Source: an uncultured Bacilli bacterium
GTDB lineage: Bacteria > Bacillota_I > Bacilli_A > RFN20 > CAG-826
Length of the DNA: 64,000 bases
Reading direction: 5' to 3'
NCBI GenBank assembly: GCA_944349595.1
Contig: CALVNF010000003.1
Span: forward strand, 19,356 to 83,355
Positions 61,088 to 64,000 of the stretch are shown here, one piece after another. The notes beneath the pieces were generated by a model. The model was not told where the DNA came from. It did no database searches and saw only the letters and a list, made by a program, of their open reading frames with translations. How positions within the stretch are numbered: the first letter of the stretch is position 1; each line of letters opens with the position of its first letter. The position numbers and the translations under genes are program-made.

Positions 61088-62410
61088 TTATTCAAAATCG
61101 TATAAAACTTCTTCTAACGCAGCTTGAATACTATATAAATAATTTGGTTCTCTTTCACCATTTACTAAACCAGTTACAAATTGAGCTAATTCTTTTTCAA
61201 TTGTTGGCCATGCAGCACTTCCTGGTCTTGGAACAGAGTGATTAAGTTGTTCTTTATAAATTTCCCAATCAGCTGTATCATAAAATTCATCTTCTAATGC
61301 TTCTTTTGTAGTAGGCATTAAATACTGTGATGAATTGTGACCAACTTGTGTTTCATAATCGGTTGTAACAAATTTAATAAAGTCGGCTGCTAATGCTTGA
61401 TTTTGAGATTTTCTTGTTAAAACAAGAGAATATAAACCAAGCCCACTACTAATATCTCCGCCTTCTTCATTTGGCATAATTGGAGCATATTTTATATTCA
61501 TATCGGTATCATTATTCATTCTTGAATAATCAAGCATTTTCCAAGAACCCATTTCAATAAATGCAACTTTTCCAGTTTCAAATTTAGATTCACTAAATAC
61601 CGTTGGTGTATATCGACCTTTCCCAAGTTGTTGAATTTTTGTTGCAGCATTCATATTTTCTTGGCTTGATAATGTCATTTGAGTGAAATCTTCATTCATA
61701 ATTGTTCCACCTTCTCTAGATGACATTCCAAGATAATACATTGCTCCAAAGCTTTCAGCACCTGTTCCAGCTGGAACTGTTGTTAAAAATAATTCTTCAT
61801 TTCCAGTTAGATTATTCTCCTTATTATAAGCTTTAATTTTGTCACCTAACTCGATATAAGATTCCCAATCAATTGGTAAATCTTCTTCTGTAGTATCTTT
61901 ATTTAAAACTTTATCTAATAAAGCTTTATTATAAACTCTAGTAATCGAATTTGCAGACATTGGAAGAGCATATAAATCACCTTGATATAAATTTGGTTTC
62001 CATAAAGAATCAATAAATAAATCTTTTGTATTTTGTAGACCAAAATTATTTAAATTTGCAATACTTCCATCATATGCAAGTCTTTGAACATAAACGTGAT
62101 CAATATAAGCAACATCAGGAAACTCATTTCCTAGTAATGCCATATTATATGCAAAATAAAAATCAGCTGTTGATTGAAATCTTATATCAATTGATACTTT
62201 AGGATGTAATTCTTCATATCTATCAACTGCATCATTAATGACACTTTCAACAGCAGTACTACCTCCTGGCCACCAAACAATTAGATTTCCACTTAAATTT
62301 GTATCATCATAACTTCCATCAAAAGAAGTAGTAGTATTATTACAAGATGTTAAACAAAAACCGCTAATTAATAAGGATGAAAGTATAGCCTTCTTAAATA
62401 TATTTTTCAT
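61088..62410 (-). CDS. Sugar ABC transporter substrate-binding lipoprotein
   Basis: 440 aa. Lipobox CLTSCNN. Family-1 substrate-binding protein placed upstream of the two permeases. Confidence 0.75.
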   Translation of the reverse strand: MKNIFKKAILSSLLISGFCLTSCNNTTTSFDGSYDDTNLSGNLIVWWPGGSTAVESVINDAVDRYEELHPKVSIDIRFQSTADFYFAYNMALLGNEFPDVAYIDHVYVQRLAYDGSIANLNNFGLQNTKDLFIDSLWKPNLYQGDLYALPMSANSITRVYNKALLDKVLNKDTTEEDLPIDWESYIELGDKIKAYNKENNLTGNEELFLTTVPAGTGAESFGAMYYLGMSSREGGTIMNEDFTQMTLSSQENMNAATKIQQLGKGRYTPTVFSESKFETGKVAFIEMGSWKMLDYSRMNNDTDMNIKYAPIMPNEEGGDISSGLGLYSLVLTRKSQNQALAADFIKFVTTDYETQVGHNSSQYLMPTTKEALEDEFYDTADWEIYKEQLNHSVPRPGSAAWPTIEKELAQFVTGLVNGEREPNYLYSIQAALEEVLYDFE

Positions 62411-62480
62411 AATTTACCCCCTAATTATCATTTAAAGACCACAATTGTGGCCTTTAAATGAAATTTTATATTTTTAGATA

Positions 62481-64000
62481 TTATTTAAATTGAATATCTG
62501 TGATAACACAGTGAGTTGCATTATTTGCAAGTTGAATTCTGAGTTCTACTCTTTTTCCAATAAAACTTGCAATATTATATGTAAAGTGTTGTATTTCATC
62601 TGTGTCGACGTGAACTATATCATTTTCAACACCATTTGCTTTAATAACGGTTTCATTTTCGCCATCAACGACAACAAATTTGATATCTGGATAAGTTTCA
62701 CCATCTCTATGGAATACTCTAAATCCCACTGTTACTTCATCATTATATGCACCAATCATAAATGATTGAGATAAATATGAACCGGTATTTTTAATATCAA
62801 CACCTTCACCAACACCTGCATCTTGATTTCCTGTAACTTTCCAATTATCAGCTAAAATGTCAGTTTTATTCATCCATGAAGTATTTAGACTATCATTGCC
62901 TTCAAAATGAATTTCAGTGATAACACCGTGTCCACCAACTCTAATTCCAATTTCAACTTTAACAGTTTGACCAATATATTCACTTAAGTCATATCTTGGA
63001 TGAACAACTTCATCTTTATTTACTAATAAATAATCATCATTGCTTCCAATAGCTCTAATAATTTTTGTTTCGCCATCAGCATTTGTGACTTTAACAGCAA
63101 ATTCTGGGAATGGTTCTTGTTGACTTGGTTCAGTTCTTACAAATGTTCTAGCACCATAAGTTAAGATGAATGAACCGGTTTTTATAGGTCTATTTTCTAA
63201 ACCAATTGAAGTCCAGCCTTCACTTCCTTCAACTCTTAAGTCGGCACCTTCACCAACTCCGTCATCATGTAAGTCGTTGTTGTAAACCCATTTTTCTCCA
63301 CTAACGCCTTCTAAAATTTGTTGTTTATTATTCCAATCTTTTGTTTGAGAACCAGCGTCAACTGTTAATGTATAAGAAATTTTAAAGTTAGGATTTGCAA
63401 CTGATTCGGCCCAAATTACATATTGACCATCACTAGCGTCTTTACTAATTGTGACATTGCCATTATTATCAACAGTTACTCCTTTATTTGCAGAAGCTTC
63501 ATCTAAATAATAATTAATAGCACCGTTTGTAACGTTTTCTGGAGTTACTTGAGCACCTAAATTAAATGTATCGCCTGGTTTATATGTTCCAGATGTTTTA
63601 CTCATTGTAATACCAGTTGGATCAACTTGACCTTCAAAATTAAGAACTTTGATACTTAATTCAGCGTTAGCATCTTTTGTTGGAACTCTATGTTCAACAA
63701 TCATTGCACCTGTTGTTCCTAATAATTCACTTGCTAATTCTAATTTAATAGTGCTTTCTTGATTAGGACCAGTAAATCCTTTCCAGCCACTATTTTCATT
63801 TCCAGTTAATATATGAGCTGTACCATCTTCTGTAACATAGACTACTCTATATTCACCTTGAATAGCACTTCCGGTGCTTCCAATTTTTATATTAAATGTT
63901 TTTGCATTTTGAGGAACATTAACTTTAGCCCATATCATTCCAGAAGCTTTTGTAGTGTCGCCGCCATTTTCTGAATTTACTCTATTTTCAATATCTATAC
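62481..64000 (-). CDS. Secreted Big_2 (bacterial Ig-like) domain protein with internal duplicated ~150-aa domain (partial; 5' end beyond window end)
   Basis: The frame stays open upstream of the track ATG (63938) all the way to position 64000. Big_2-like segment TMSKTSGTYKPGDTFNLGAQVTPENVTNGAINYYL. Two homologous modules contain D(D/A)GVGEG(A/V)D. Confidence 0.55.
   Translation of the reverse strand, partial: IDIENRVNSENGGDTTKASGMIWAKVNVPQNAKTFNIKIGSTGSAIQGEYRVVYVTEDGTAHILTGNENSGWKGFTGPNQESTIKLELASELLGTTGAMIVEHRVPTKDANAELSIKVLNFEGQVDPTGITMSKTSGTYKPGDTFNLGAQVTPENVTNGAINYYLDEASANKGVTVDNNGNVTISKDASDGQYVIWAESVANPNFKISYTLTVDAGSQTKDWNNKQQILEGVSGEKWVYNNDLHDDGVGEGADLRVEGSEGWTSIGLENRPIKTGSFILTYGARTFVRTEPSQQEPFPEFAVKVTNADGETKIIRAIGSNDDYLLVNKDEVVHPRYDLSEYIGQTVKVEIGIRVGGHGVITEIHFEGNDSLNTSWMNKTDILADNWKVTGNQDAGVGEGVDIKNTGSYLSQSFMIGAYNDEVTVGFRVFHRDGETYPDIKFVVVDGENETVIKANGVENDIVHVDTDEIQHFTYNIASFIGKRVELRIQLANNATHCVITDIQFK

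Overview
AT-rich (~28-30% GC) chromosomal window from a Mollicutes/Firmicutes-like genome that uses the standard bacterial code. TGA acts as a stop inside ATGA start/stop overlaps at 5477-5480 and 25283-25286, and Trp is encoded by TGG, so the pattern resembles Acholeplasma rather than Mycoplasma. There is no rRNA and no CRISPR array. Four blocks are present. (1) Positions 1-27950 hold two paralogous maltodextrin/starch utilisation loci. One is on the minus strand (MalK, pullulanase lipoprotein, GH13 enzymes, MalE-like lipoprotein, a giant MalF, MalG, secreted amylase, MalQ). The other is on the plus strand (GH13, substrate-binding protein, MalF, MalG, MalK). They sit with PucR-like and LacI-like regulators, a surface lipoprotein and an ECF sigma / anti-sigma pair. 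(2) Positions 28736-43728 hold a complete, collinear S10-spc-alpha ribosomal protein operon on the minus strand, running from rpsJ to rplQ and including secY, adk, map, infA, rpmJ and rpoA. A good sigma-70-like promoter sits at 43865-43893 and a terminator at about 28680-28710. Several r-proteins (L22, S5, S17, L5, L23) carry unusual charged low-complexity extensions, and L30 is absent. (3) Positions 43894-48993 hold an accessory cluster between the S10 promoter and a tRNA-Leu(UAG) gene. It contains a HipA/HipT-like kinase followed by a protein that fuses a HipS-like N-terminus to a resolvase-type helix-turn-helix (HTH), the pair flanked by 35-bp direct repeats. It also contains a carboxymuconolactone-decarboxylase (CMD)-cupin fusion, a flavodoxin, a DUF4177-like miniprotein and a Fic-domain protein. 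(4) Positions 49047-64000 hold a third glycan-utilisation locus on the minus strand. It encodes a ROK kinase, an ABC ATPase carrying an insertion, a type I mannose-6-phosphate isomerase, two large paralogous lipoproteins of unrecognised family, CUT1-type permeases, a substrate-binding lipoprotein and a Big_2-domain protein. The most unusual item is the kinase module with its HipS-HTH fusion and flanking repeats. Also notable are the roughly 950-residue low-complexity insertion in a MalF permease and an ATG-less 190-codon frame after the second MalK.
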